DNA from: Terriglobales bacterium
GTDB lineage: Bacteria > Acidobacteriota > Terriglobia > Terriglobales > Acidobacteriaceae
Assembly (NCBI GenBank): GCA_051984555.1
Contig: JBPYEW010000225.1
Location: forward strand, 12,626-76,625
Direction: 5' to 3'
DNA length: 64,000 nucleotides
Part shown: in pieces, positions 15,894-25,884 of the stretch
How positions within the stretch are numbered: the stretch's first letter is position 1
How the letters are laid out: each line of letters opens with the position of its first letter
The notes under the pieces: model-generated
Databases searched by the model: none
Told to the model about the DNA's origin: nothing
What the model saw: only the letters and a program-made list of their open reading frames with translations
Program-made: the position numbers and the translations under genes

Positions 15894-16684
15894 ACCGACC
15901 CCGCCAGGCCGCCGCCGTCCACGATCAGCGCCGTGCCGGTCACAAACGAAGACGCGCCGCTCGCCAGGTAAAGGGCAGCCTGCGCGATTTCTTCCGGCGT
16001 TCCTACCCGTCCCAACGGTCGTTTGGCTGCCTCGGACAAAAACTTTTCGTCCCCTTCTCCGAGTTGTCGGGCTTCATTGCGCAGCATCGCAGTATCCGTA
16101 TCTCCGGGGCAGATACAGTTCACTCGAATATTCTGCGGCCCATGGTCAACAGCCATCGCTTTCGTAAGCAGGACAACACCGCCTTTGGAAGCGCAGTACA
16201 CCGCCGCTTTCGCACCTCCCGTCAGCCCCCACCCCGAAGCGGTGTTGATGATGACTCCACCACCCTGCTTGGCCATGATCGGTATTGCACACCGGGACAT
16301 CAGGAAGACTGACTTCACATTCACGTCCATCACACGGTCCCAATCATCTTCGCTGAGATCGACGACCGTTGCCCGACGAATAATGCCGGCATTATTGAAC
16401 AGAATGTCCAGCCTCCCGAATTGCTCAAGCGCGTATTCGACTACCTTTTTACAGTCAGAGGTCCTGGTGACATCACACGGGAGGAACCGGGCCCGCTGGC
16501 CGGCGTTCGCGATTTTCTCGATCACCTGCTCGCCACTCGAACGATTGATGTCAGCGACGACAACCGCTGCACCCTCTCGCGCAAATAGCTCTGCCGTGGC
16601 GTGGCCAATACCCGATGCGCCACCGGTAATCAAAGCGACTTTGTCTATAAGCTGCAAGGTAAAACGCGTGGCGTCCAGATCCAC
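15890..16684 (-). CDS. Short-chain dehydrogenase/reductase (SDR)
   Basis: TGGASGIGHA, NNAG and YCASKGG. It overlaps the next SDR gene by 4 nt. Confidence 0.9.
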   Translation of the reverse strand: MDLDATRFTLQLIDKVALITGGASGIGHATAELFAREGAAVVVADINRSSGEQVIEKIANAGQRARFLPCDVTRTSDCKKVVEYALEQFGRLDILFNNAGIIRRATVVDLSEDDWDRVMDVNVKSVFLMSRCAIPIMAKQGGGVIINTASGWGLTGGAKAAVYCASKGGVVLLTKAMAVDHGPQNIRVNCICPGDTDTAMLRNEARQLGEGDEKFLSEAAKRPLGRVGTPEEIAQAALYLASGASSFVTGTALIVDGGGLAGSV

Positions 16685-16692
16685 TATGCTGG

Positions 16693-17295
16693 CTACTTAA
16701 TGGTCTCGGCTGTTACAGATCCGCAATCTGCGAGTGTTTCCGTTACAGTTCCTTTTTCCGCAACTGTATTTTCGAATTCCTCGATCTTGTTCATCAAAAG
16801 AATCAACGCACTGGGGTACCGAGCTTTTTCTGTCAACGAGGCTACGTAATACCCTCTCGTTTGTATCTCCTTCTGTGCTCCGTTCTCGGAAAATACTTTC
16901 ATCTTAGAAAGCTCGAAAAAATCTATTGGATTGTGAGGTGGTGCGAAATAAGGCTTCAGTCTACGTACCTGTTTGGATTCCAGAAACTCAGAGAAATCGC
17001 TAATTTGCCATGAGGCGTCATCCGGGAATCGGTACTCTCGTGTCTCTTTCTTTTCAGGGCGAGAAACCTTCCCGCTTTCATCCTGCAGGGCAACGGCGGC
17101 CGTCGACCAAGACGAAAGCAGGACCCTTCCATCCGCGTACAAAGTCAAACAGGATGTGCCCTTTTGACCACCAAGTGGTCCAGAGGAATCCTCATAAACC
17201 GTCAAGATGACTCTGGAAGACTTCTGGGCTGAAACTGGCAAGCCCGCCAATACGAAAATACCCACTGCCCAAAAGCTCGCAGTCGCTTTCATCAC
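16693..17295 (-). CDS. Hypothetical secreted protein embedded in the SDR operon
   Basis: 200-aa ORF with the signal peptide MMKATASFWAVGIFVLAGLPVSAQ. I recognise no domain. It overlaps the upstream SDR stop by 4 nt. Confidence 0.6.
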   Translation of the reverse strand: MMKATASFWAVGIFVLAGLPVSAQKSSRVILTVYEDSSGPLGGQKGTSCLTLYADGRVLLSSWSTAAVALQDESGKVSRPEKKETREYRFPDDASWQISDFSEFLESKQVRRLKPYFAPPHNPIDFFELSKMKVFSENGAQKEIQTRGYYVASLTEKARYPSALILLMNKIEEFENTVAEKGTVTETLADCGSVTAETIK

Positions 17296-18044
17296 CGGCT
17301 CGCCAGCCCCCCCGCCGTCTCCGCGCCATCCGCCGTATAAACGTGGCCTGTCATATAAGCTGCATCGTCCGACGCCAGGAAAGCAAAGAGTGCCGCAATC
17401 TCCTCTGGCTTCGCATGGCGCCGTAGCGGAATCTTTCGATTTACCTCGTCGAGCATCTCGTCGGTGTATTCAGCACGCTGCATGGGCGTAAGCACGTAAC
17501 CTGGTGCCACCGCGCATACCCGAACTTTCGGCGCGAGTTCCAGTGCCATCGACTTTGTCAGCTCGATCACTCCCGCCTTGGTCGCGTTGTAATCCGCGTA
17601 GTACGGATAGCCCATGATCCCGTTGGTCGAAGCTGTTTGCAGGATTACCCCGCCATCATGGTCCATCATGTGCTTGGCGGCTGTCTGGGCCACATTGAAG
17701 ACGCCAGTGAGATTGACGGCGATGACCTTGTCCCATTCTTCCGGAGTTATATCGAGGAACTTGTGCCGGATGCTGATCCCGGCATTGTTCACCACCACAT
17801 CGAGCCCGCCCATCATGCCAACTGCATCGTGAATGGCCGCCTTCACCTGTCTGAGATCGGAAACGTCCGCGTCCACGGTCCCGGCCAGATCCGCCAGTTG
17901 GCGCCGAATTCGCTCGCGGCCTTTCTCGTCGCGGTCAAGCACGCACACCGAGGAGCCTTCCTGCAGGAAGCGAGCTGCCGTCGCCGCCCCAATTCCGCTC
18001 GCGCCTCCCGTAATCAGGACGCGCTTACCTTCCAAACCTCGCAT
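17292..18044 (-). CDS. Short-chain dehydrogenase/reductase (SDR)
   Basis: TGGASGIGAA, NNAG and YNATKAG motifs. Confidence 0.9.
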   Translation of the reverse strand: MRGLEGKRVLITGGASGIGAATAARFLQEGSSVCVLDRDEKGRERIRRQLADLAGTVDADVSDLRQVKAAIHDAVGMMGGLDVVVNNAGISIRHKFLDITPEEWDKVIAVNLTGVFNVAQTAAKHMMDHDGGVILQTASTNGIMGYPYYADYNATKAGVIELTKSMALELAPKVRVCAVAPGYVLTPMQRAEYTDEMLDEVNRKIPLRRHAKPEEIAALFAFLASDDAAYMTGHVYTADGAETAGGLASR

Positions 18045-18118
18045 GAAAACTCCTGTGGGAACTGTGAATCCTAGCAGAGAACTCTCGGGAACTGAGAGAG
18101 GCGGAAGACGTTATTTCT

Positions 18119-19276
18119 TTACAGCGGCTTCCCGTAGAACAAGGCAAAGAACTCGACGATCAGAATGACCAGTACCATCAACTCCAGGGCAAACGCCCGC
18201 CCCTGGTGGAATTGCTCCACCATAAATTTGTAAAGCTCTTCGGCCGTTCGGAGCTTTTGATTGACCAGGTTCTTGTAATCAGGTACGCCTACCTTAGCCG
18301 CCGCCAGCCGGTAGAGACGGGCAGAAAACATATCGCTGAGGAACTTGATCGCGTTATCGACTCGTTCGGTAAGCTCCATCACGTCTAACAACTCGGTATG
18401 CAATCTTGATGCGGCGCGAGCCAGGCGCCAACGTGCCAGTATTCCTGTGCCCTTTTCCAGTGAGTCGTACACGGAAGCCAGTTCCCGGGTCATCAAGTCG
18501 TCATAGTGCCGGAACTCCAGCAACTGAGAATTGGCATACTCCAGCAGCTGAACCGCGGTCTCCGCACCCGCGGCGCTGTCATACAAGAAAGTCCCATTCC
18601 AGCCGATTACAGCCAAATCATTCGGGTAATAGGAAATCCGCGACTGGAGGATTTCCGCCCTTTCTCCTTCTGACAGAGCTACGGTCTCCCCGCGCACAAT
18701 CTGGGCGACCTGTCCCCCATGCTCGGCCAGCAGATCAGCTGCCGTCGGCCTGCCCGCAGCCTCACGTACGTGAAAAATGAAGTAGTCCTCGCTCAGCCAG
18801 TCCTTATAAGGTTTGACCAATGCCGGTGTAGCTCGCTCCAGTTTTTGTCGAGCGATCCGCGCCGCCACCCGCTCAAAATCCGAATTCCAAACCCACCGGC
18901 TGGCCAGTTGAACGAGCTTGTCCCAATCTCCGGAGAAGGGCAGCTCGAAGATTAAGCTCACTACCCCGTAATCGTAGTACTTGATCTGTCCTTCAAGCCG
19001 CTCCCCGGTGTCCAGGACCACCGACTCGATCGGTTCCACTACCGGCGGCCGCTCGTATCGAACATAGGCTGGTGCGGCCTGCTTAAACGCAGGCTGCAGC
19101 CGCTGCGCGCCAAAAATGTCCCGGAGTTGGTCCAGCCGGATCTCTTCGCATACGTCGAATTGCATGAGCACGAGCAGAGAACCGTGCACGGACGGTTCAA
19201 GGACCGGCTCCTTGCGAAGATGGGCAGTCACATCGGTTACTACCAAAGGGGTGGAAGATTTCGTTTCGCGTTCCAT
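18119..19276 (-). CDS. Hypothetical protein with a C-terminal TM helix (possibly DUF155/RMND1-like)
   Basis: 385-aa ORF with coding-like composition. It has a single C-terminal hydrophobic helix, LELMVLVILIVEFFALFYG. The YYDYGVVSLIF block resembles the DUF155 core, so the family call is weak. Confidence 0.55.
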   Translation of the reverse strand: MERETKSSTPLVVTDVTAHLRKEPVLEPSVHGSLLVLMQFDVCEEIRLDQLRDIFGAQRLQPAFKQAAPAYVRYERPPVVEPIESVVLDTGERLEGQIKYYDYGVVSLIFELPFSGDWDKLVQLASRWVWNSDFERVAARIARQKLERATPALVKPYKDWLSEDYFIFHVREAAGRPTAADLLAEHGGQVAQIVRGETVALSEGERAEILQSRISYYPNDLAVIGWNGTFLYDSAAGAETAVQLLEYANSQLLEFRHYDDLMTRELASVYDSLEKGTGILARWRLARAASRLHTELLDVMELTERVDNAIKFLSDMFSARLYRLAAAKVGVPDYKNLVNQKLRTAEELYKFMVEQFHQGRAFALELMVLVILIVEFFALFYGKPL

Positions 19277-19399
19277 AGGGGACTTGGGCAGGGCTTACGA
19301 GCAGTAGCAGTCCATCGCCTTACCTCTTCTATTGTCCCAAATGAAGCGAGCTCTGGCGAGGTATGTAGATGTAAGTGATTGATTAAAAAGGAGGAATAA

Positions 19400-22300
19400 C
19401 TATCGCCGGGATCTGTTCAGGGCCCATAACAGGGCGCCTCCAGCGGCTGCGCCCGCTGCAACGAAACCGGCCCTAATCATCGAATTCCGCACGGCTAAGG
19501 CGCGTTTTTCGACCCGTTTTCGTTCTGGATAGTCTCCTTCGGTGCCGCGTACGCCGTCCTGAAGTGCCATCTGTATCAGTTCAGCCAGGTGGAGTGCATG
19601 TCGATCCGTGCACTGCGCAATCTGCTCCCGGCAGCTGAACCCGTCTGCAACGATGAGAATATCCTTCCCCGCATTTCTTACCGCTGGCAGCAGTTCCAGT
19701 TCTCCGACGGCAAGTGATACCTCGTACTTGTCATCTTCAAAGCCGAACGAGCCAGCCATGCCGCAGCAACCGGGCGACGGAGCCGTGAAATCTACCCCCA
19801 TCTTGCGCAACACAGTCTCCTCATCGGTCATCTTCATAACCGATTTGTGATGACAGTGGCCATGGAGAATCGCCTTCCTCTCCAACCGTGGCAGTTGAAA
19901 ATCGGGTGCGTATCTTTCCAGGAACTCGCTCAAAAGAAAGGTCTGTTTGGCCAGCCGCTGGGCGCGCTGGTCCTTGGGGAAGAGATTTAGAAGCTCATCC
20001 CGGAATACCGCCGCGCAGCTAGGTTCCAGCCCTACAACGGGAATACCCGCTTCGAGATAATCGGCGAGGACATCGAGTATTTGCAGCAGAAGTTCCTTAG
20101 CACGGCCAAGCATCCCGAAATCATATAAAGGACGGCCACAGCAGAGGTTTCCGGGTGGCACCAAGACTTCGAACCCAGCAGCTTCAAGTACCTCCACTGC
20201 GGCAATGGCTGTGTCCGGCAGGAAGTAGTTATTGAAAGTGTCCGGCCAGAGGATTACAGGCAAGCCACCGGGATTCGGATTGGCATGCCGCTCTAACCGG
20301 CGCTTGAACGGAACTGGAGCGAAGGCTGGGATACGTCGCTCTTTCGGCATACCCGTGGCCATCTTTGCGACGTCACCGAGAAACGGAAGTTGTGTCGTAA
20401 GGTTTGCCAAGCCCGGAGCCGCCGACGCCAGCCTCGCCCAGATATCGATGTTCCCGAATGCGTAGGCACGGAATGGGCGTGGCTTGCTTTCATAGTAGTG
20501 AGAGAGAAACTCGGCCTTGTAGGTAGCAAGATCCACTCCAACCGGACAGTCGCTCTTGCACCCTTTGCAGGAGAGACAAAGGTCCAGGGAGTTTTTGACG
20601 TGCTCATCTTGCCAGCCACCCGTAATCACGTCGCCTTTGGCCATTTCCCAGAGCAGATGTGCCCGGCCGCGAGTTGAGTGCTCTTCCTCGTGGGTCACGC
20701 GGTAACTTGGACACATGACCCCGCCTTCGGCACGCCGGCATTTGCCGACGCCTACGCAACGGAGGGTCGCATGTGCCAGGCTGCCGTGGTCCTCCGGATA
20801 TCGAAAGTGAGTTTCAGGTTCCCAAGGTCGGTAGTCAGCGCCCAACCTTAGGTTCTCGTCCATGCGGTTGGCGTCGACCAACTTCCCCGGATTCATCTTC
20901 CAGTCGGGATCCCAGATCGATTTGAACTCGCGGAATGCCTGCACCAACTCCGGCCCGAACATCTTCGGATACAATTCCGCCCGGGCCTGTCCATCACCAT
21001 GTTCCCCAGACAGCGAGCCTCCGTAACTGACCACCAGGTCCGCGGCCTGCTCCATAAAGCTGCGGAACTTGCGAATGCCCGGCTCGCTCTCGAGATCGAA
21101 GCTGATGCGGCTGTGTACGCAAGCGTGACCGAAGTGCCCGTAGAGGACCCCGCTGTAGTGGTACTCCTTCATCAGTTTGCGGAGGTCTCTTAGGTAAGCC
21201 CCTAATTTTGAGGGTGGTACCGCTGAGTCCTCCCAGCCTTCCCAAGTTAACGGCTCTCCCGGCACGTGCGAGATCGCTCCGAGACTGGATTCGCGAACTT
21301 CCCAAACTTTTTTGGCCTGACGCTTGTCGCCAAAAAGGCGTACGTTCGAAGCATTCGGATTCTCATGCAGCGCCTTTACCATCTTTTGCGCACGGTCATC
21401 CGCTTCCGCCTGAGAATCCCCTCCAAACTCGACGAATAGCCATCCATTCCCCTCCGGAAGCAGAGCAAGGCCTTCAGAATTGAGCCCTTTCCGGCGTGTG
21501 AACTCGACCAGGTACTCGTCAACGCCTTCCAGTCCGATAGGTCCATACGACATGATTTCGGGAACTCGGTCGCCGCAGGTAAAAATATCCGGGTAGCCTA
21601 TGACCGCTAACGTCCGAAACTGCGGGCTCTTGACCAGTCGGCACGTTGCTTCGAGGACAGTAACGCAGGTCCCCTCTGACCCGACGAGTGCACGAGCGAC
21701 ATGGAAGTTGTTTTCGGGAAGAAGAAAGTTAAGGTTGTAGCCCGAGACACGCCTTGGAATGTTGGGATATCGTTGCCGAACCTGGTCGCCATGTGTGGCT
21801 GCCAGTGCCGCCAGTTTGCGGTAGATCTCACCTCGGCGTCCCTGTTCGCGGCAAACTCTCTCCAGTTCTCCACTGGGCGTAGCGCCGACCTTTAGACGCA
21901 CTCCGTCATAGGTTAAGACATCGAGTGCTTCAATATTATCGTCGGTTTTCCCCGCCATCACGGAGTGCACGCCGCAGGAGTTGTTGCCGATCATGCCTCC
22001 CAACGTGCATCGCTCATGGGTCGCCGGATCGGGCCCAAAAGTGAGCTTATGCTGCTCGGCGGCGTTTCGAAGATGGTCGAGTACAACCCCCGGCTGTACA
22101 CGAGCAATCCTCTCCTCTGGATCAATTTCCAGAATGGAAGCCATGAACTTTGAGAAGTCGATGATCAGTGCGACGTTACAACATTGGCCAGCCAAGGACG
22201 TTCCGCAACCTCGCGGCAGGACCGGCGCCCCACATTCCCGGGCAAGGGCAACAGCCGCCACAACGTCTTCGGTGTCTCGCGGAATAACGACACCGATTGG

Positions 22301-22456
22301 GACCTGGCGATAATTGGATCCATCGGTGGCATACAATGCCCGGCTTCCGTTATCGAAACGCACCTCACCGCGCAAGTGACGACGAAGGGATGCTTCCAAC
22401 CCGGCAGCATCGACCGAAGTGGCCTTCATGCCGGAATGTGCGGAACCTGCGTGCAT
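19400..22456 (-). CDS. Fused FAD-linked oxidase / Fe-S (CCG-domain) dehydrogenase, GlcD-GlcF or D-lactate dehydrogenase-like
   Basis: 1018 aa. It has an N-terminal FAD_binding_4-type domain, a central ferredoxin motif CLSCKGCKSDCPVG, C-terminal Cys-rich CCG-like repeats (CCGRPL, CCGMAGSFG), and a terminal hydrophobic tail. Confidence 0.85.
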   Translation of the reverse strand: MHAGSAHSGMKATSVDAAGLEASLRRHLRGEVRFDNGSRALYATDGSNYRQVPIGVVIPRDTEDVVAAVALARECGAPVLPRGCGTSLAGQCCNVALIIDFSKFMASILEIDPEERIARVQPGVVLDHLRNAAEQHKLTFGPDPATHERCTLGGMIGNNSCGVHSVMAGKTDDNIEALDVLTYDGVRLKVGATPSGELERVCREQGRRGEIYRKLAALAATHGDQVRQRYPNIPRRVSGYNLNFLLPENNFHVARALVGSEGTCVTVLEATCRLVKSPQFRTLAVIGYPDIFTCGDRVPEIMSYGPIGLEGVDEYLVEFTRRKGLNSEGLALLPEGNGWLFVEFGGDSQAEADDRAQKMVKALHENPNASNVRLFGDKRQAKKVWEVRESSLGAISHVPGEPLTWEGWEDSAVPPSKLGAYLRDLRKLMKEYHYSGVLYGHFGHACVHSRISFDLESEPGIRKFRSFMEQAADLVVSYGGSLSGEHGDGQARAELYPKMFGPELVQAFREFKSIWDPDWKMNPGKLVDANRMDENLRLGADYRPWEPETHFRYPEDHGSLAHATLRCVGVGKCRRAEGGVMCPSYRVTHEEEHSTRGRAHLLWEMAKGDVITGGWQDEHVKNSLDLCLSCKGCKSDCPVGVDLATYKAEFLSHYYESKPRPFRAYAFGNIDIWARLASAAPGLANLTTQLPFLGDVAKMATGMPKERRIPAFAPVPFKRRLERHANPNPGGLPVILWPDTFNNYFLPDTAIAAVEVLEAAGFEVLVPPGNLCCGRPLYDFGMLGRAKELLLQILDVLADYLEAGIPVVGLEPSCAAVFRDELLNLFPKDQRAQRLAKQTFLLSEFLERYAPDFQLPRLERKAILHGHCHHKSVMKMTDEETVLRKMGVDFTAPSPGCCGMAGSFGFEDDKYEVSLAVGELELLPAVRNAGKDILIVADGFSCREQIAQCTDRHALHLAELIQMALQDGVRGTEGDYPERKRVEKRALAVRNSMIRAGFVAAGAAAGGALLWALNRSRR

Positions 22457-22465
22457 CGTGACGAA

Positions 22466-23107
22466 CTATCGAGAACTGCTGCCGCCTTTATGTATGTTGG
22501 CAATGTTAAATTGACTGCCGTTTCCCAGCGGGGTGATGTTGATCGTGATTGCGCCGTTGCTGTCACTCTGCACTATCGTGAAATGATCTCCGCTACCTGC
22601 TGTGACATTCGCATTCGGAAAGCGCTGCTTGTAGAAATCCGCCACCTTGCTGACTGAGTCATCGCTCTCGAAGCGAGCGGCAACGGTCGTCATACCGCCG
22701 ATTACAGCGCTGGCCGAGCTGTTTTTTACAATGCGGGCACCTGGATAGATCTCCATTCCCAGATTCTTGGCTGCTGCCTCGGCATCGGCATTCGTCTCGA
22801 CTGTCCCGAACGGCGTATAGACACTAACTTTGTCGCCCTCCTGCTTCACATGAGAACGGCGGGCAATCTTGATTCCGACAATCACAGAGGTCGTAATCCC
22901 CACAACCACCAATGCCACGAGGACCACACTAATGATCAATATCGTTTTAAGCGCACTTCCTTGAACTGGCGGGGGAGGTTGAGTTACGCCAGCAGGTGTG
23001 GTCGACGAGATTGCCGGAAGGGCTCCCGGGGTCACGGCGGCACCACATTTTTCACAAAAGCCTGCCCCATTAGGGAGAGATGCTCCGCAGGAATTGCAGA
23101 AGGCCAC
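22466..23107 (-). CDS. Zinc-ribbon membrane protein
   Basis: GTG start follows GAGGTG. The N-terminal zinc ribbon is CNSCGASLPNGAGFCEKCG, followed by a Pro-rich linker, one TM helix and a C-terminal extracytoplasmic domain. Confidence 0.7.
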   Translation of the reverse strand: MAFCNSCGASLPNGAGFCEKCGAAVTPGALPAISSTTPAGVTQPPPPVQGSALKTILIISVVLVALVVVGITTSVIVGIKIARRSHVKQEGDKVSVYTPFGTVETNADAEAAAKNLGMEIYPGARIVKNSSASAVIGGMTTVAARFESDDSVSKVADFYKQRFPNANVTAGSGDHFTIVQSDSNGAITINITPLGNGSQFNIANIHKGGSSSR

Positions 23108-23281
23108 GTTTCACCTCGCGGATAACGCGACGCGAGTATACCGCAGAGCAGTATGAAGTGTCGGTGCGGAGGGAAGTAAGAAGCCTGACAATTAAGCCAT
23201 TTGCAAATTGATATGTTTGGGACTTCAGGCTGGAGAGTTTTTATTCTCGGATTACCAGACTACGAAATCGGCAAATTAGCG

Positions 23282-23569
23282 TCAGTTCCACGCGCGACTA
23301 ATGTAGTCGGTCATGCTTAACGCGAGAAGAATAAACAGCCAGAACAAACCCGCGACGATCACTACGATCGTCATCTTGTCGCTGATGTACTTCACACCCA
23401 TAAAAAACAGCGCGACTAAGAGCATCTTGCAAGTAGCAATGATGAGTGCCGCGACGATATTGAAAGGTCCGAGTTCCAGGTAGGACACGCCCGCCGTCGC
23501 GACCGTGAGACAGATCAGGGTAATCCAAATGGTCGTATAGAACTTGGTCGAGATTACCGGATGCGACAT
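23282..23569 (-). CDS. Cytochrome c oxidase subunit IV (small, caa3-type)
   Basis: 95 aa with three hydrophobic helices. It lies directly after subunit III at the end of the oxidase operon. Confidence 0.7.
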   Translation of the reverse strand: MSHPVISTKFYTTIWITLICLTVATAGVSYLELGPFNIVAALIIATCKMLLVALFFMGVKYISDKMTIVVIVAGLFWLFILLALSMTDYISRAWN

Positions 23570-23578
23570 GATTGCCTC

Positions 23579-24250
23579 TTATCCATGTTTATGAGCGATC
23601 AGGTAGAGCAGCGGGTAGAGGTAGATCCAGACGATATCTACGAAGTGCCAATACAAGCCCGTGATCTCTACCGGGTTGTAGTACGCAGAGGTGTATCTGC
23701 CCCGCCACGCCTGAAATGCAATGACCGACACAAGCCCGACACCAATGATCATATGAAGGGCGTGGAAGCCGGTCATCGCCCAATAGAACGAAAAGAAGAG
23801 CGAGACGCCCTGTGGATCGGGACCTGAGTAGTCCCAGTGTAAGCCTGGAAACTCTGCTCTCTGCCAATGCAGGTAGTACTCCTCGGCTTTGATTCCCAGG
23901 AACGCCAACCCGAACAAAATGGTTACGATCAGGAACAACACGATTAGCTTGCGCTGTCCCAGCTGGGCGGCACGCACAGCCAGCACCATAGTCAAACTGC
24001 TGCACAGGAGCACGATGGTATTGACAGTGCCGTACCAGAAGTCCATGTGCTGGCTGCCTTCTACCCACGCGCCATAGTGCAGAAAGCGATAAATCATGTA
24101 CCCCGCGAACATCCCTCCGAAGAACATGATCTCGGTAATCAGAAACACCCACATTCCCATCACCGAGGCATCGGTTTGCTGCTCCATCGATGAAAAATGA
24201 TGTTGCAGGTCCGGGTTGTGAGTGGCGATCGCCGGGGTGCTATCGCTCAA
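23579..24250 (-). CDS. ctaE: Cytochrome c oxidase subunit III
   Basis: LQHHF...EQQ...[15 protein letters not shown] and [10 protein letters not shown] motifs. I prefer TTG 24250, which lies 6 nt after AAGGAGG inside the 3' end of ctaD. The ORF track gives an alternative ATG at 24271. Confidence 0.85.
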   Translation of the reverse strand: MSDSTPAIATHNPDLQHHFSSMEQQTDASVMGMWVFLITEIMFFGGMFAGYMIYRFLHYGAWVEGSQHMDFWYGTVNTIVLLCSSLTMVLAVRAAQLGQRKLIVLFLIVTILFGLAFLGIKAEEYYLHWQRAEFPGLHWDYSGPDPQGVSLFFSFYWAMTGFHALHMIIGVGLVSVIAFQAWRGRYTSAYYNPVEITGLYWHFVDIVWIYLYPLLYLIAHKHG

Positions 24251-25877
24251 CGGGGACCTCCTTCGGTTCATCGATCTGATCGTAGTTATAGGCTTCCCAC
24301 GTTACGGTTGGGGTCTCGTCGAAATTGAAAGTGGGTGGAGGGGATGTTGTCATCCACTCCAATCCAGCCGCGTGCCAGGGATTCGCTTCCGCGACCTTGC
24401 CATACCGCATGGACCACAGCAGGTAGATCATGGGGAGGATATATCCCACCGCAAGGATGGTAGCGCCCGCGGTTGATAAAACGTTGAGTACTTGGAACTC
24501 CGGCGAATACTGCCAATAACGCCGAGGCATCCCGATAATCCCTAGAATGAACTGAGGGAAGAAGGTGAGGTTGAAGCCTATGAAAATGATCAGCGCCGCA
24601 AGTCGTCCCCAGCTTTCCGGATACATTCGGCCGGAAATCTTGGGCCACCAGAAGTGAATACCTGCCAGGTATGCGATCACCATTCCGCCCACCATGATGT
24701 AGTGGAAGTGGGCGATTACAAAGTAGGTATCGGTCACGTGCACGTCGATCCCGAGCGCGGCCACGAACAAGCCGGTTAACCCGCCCATCGTGAAGAGGCC
24801 GATGAACCCCAAGGCATAGAGCATGGGCGTGTCGTAAGAGATCGAACCCTTGTACATCGTCGACGTCCAGTTGAACACCTTGATAGCCGACGGCACCGCC
24901 ACGAAATAGCTAAGCAGCGAGAACACCATCGCCGCATACAGCGACACACCGGCGACAAACATATGGTGAGCCCAGACGAGGAACCCGAGCACTGCGATCG
25001 CGATCACCGCCAAAGCCATGAACTTGTAGCCGAAAATTCTTTTCCGCGAGAAGCAAGTAACAATCTCACTGACCACGCCCATGCCCGGCAGGATCATGAT
25101 GTAGACAGCGGGATGCGAGTAGAACCAGAACAGGTGCTGGAAAAGCAGCGGGTCGCCGCCCATTTGCGGGTTGAAAATGCCGAGATGGAAGATTCGCTCG
25201 AGAGCGACCAGCATTAGGGTGATCGCAAGCACCGGGGTTCCGAGCACCTGGATGATAGACGTCGCGTAGTTAGACCACACAAACAAGGGCAGTCGCGACC
25301 ACGTCATTCCTGGTGCCCGCATCCGATGTATTGTGACAATAAAATTCAGTCCGGTAAGGATCGAGGAGAACCCTGCGATGAAGATTGCCAGCGCCGCGGA
25401 TATGACATGAGTGTCCAGGAATTGCGTGCTTAGCGGGGTATAGAACGTCCAACCCGTGTCCACGCCGCCGGTCAAGATGGTGTACATCATGAGCACGCCG
25501 CCGGCGATGAACAAATACCAGCTCAGCAGGTTCACCCGTGGAAAAGCCAAGTCTTTGGCGCCGATCATGATCGGTACCAGAAAATTGCCCAAGACAGCGG
25601 GCACGGCAGGAATCAGGAAGAAGAAGACCATCACCTGGCCGTGCATGGTGAATAGCTTGTTATAGGTATCCGCCTGCACCAGATCACCCGCAGGTGTAAG
25701 GAGTTCCAGTCGGATTAGAAGCGCGAAGAAACCTCCGATAAAGAAGAAAAACGTGATCGACAGCAAGTACAGCAGCGCAATGCGCTTGTGGTCGGTGGTT
25801 AGCAGCCACGACGTGATGCCGTACTCTTTGTTCAGGTAATTCTCGCGTTCCGGAACCGGAACTGTTGCAGTAGCCAT
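24240..25877 (-). CDS. ctaD: Cytochrome c oxidase subunit I
   Basis: 545 aa. Heme/CuB ligand contexts WAHHMFVAG and [10 protein letters not shown] are present, and the protein has 12 or more hydrophobic helices. Confidence 0.95.
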   Translation of the reverse strand: MATATVPVPERENYLNKEYGITSWLLTTDHKRIALLYLLSITFFFFIGGFFALLIRLELLTPAGDLVQADTYNKLFTMHGQVMVFFFLIPAVPAVLGNFLVPIMIGAKDLAFPRVNLLSWYLFIAGGVLMMYTILTGGVDTGWTFYTPLSTQFLDTHVISAALAIFIAGFSSILTGLNFIVTIHRMRAPGMTWSRLPLFVWSNYATSIIQVLGTPVLAITLMLVALERIFHLGIFNPQMGGDPLLFQHLFWFYSHPAVYIMILPGMGVVSEIVTCFSRKRIFGYKFMALAVIAIAVLGFLVWAHHMFVAGVSLYAAMVFSLLSYFVAVPSAIKVFNWTSTMYKGSISYDTPMLYALGFIGLFTMGGLTGLFVAALGIDVHVTDTYFVIAHFHYIMVGGMVIAYLAGIHFWWPKISGRMYPESWGRLAALIIFIGFNLTFFPQFILGIIGMPRRYWQYSPEFQVLNVLSTAGATILAVGYILPMIYLLWSMRYGKVAEANPWHAAGLEWMTTSPPPTFNFDETPTVTWEAYNYDQIDEPKEVPVER

Positions 25878-25884
25878 ACTGATT

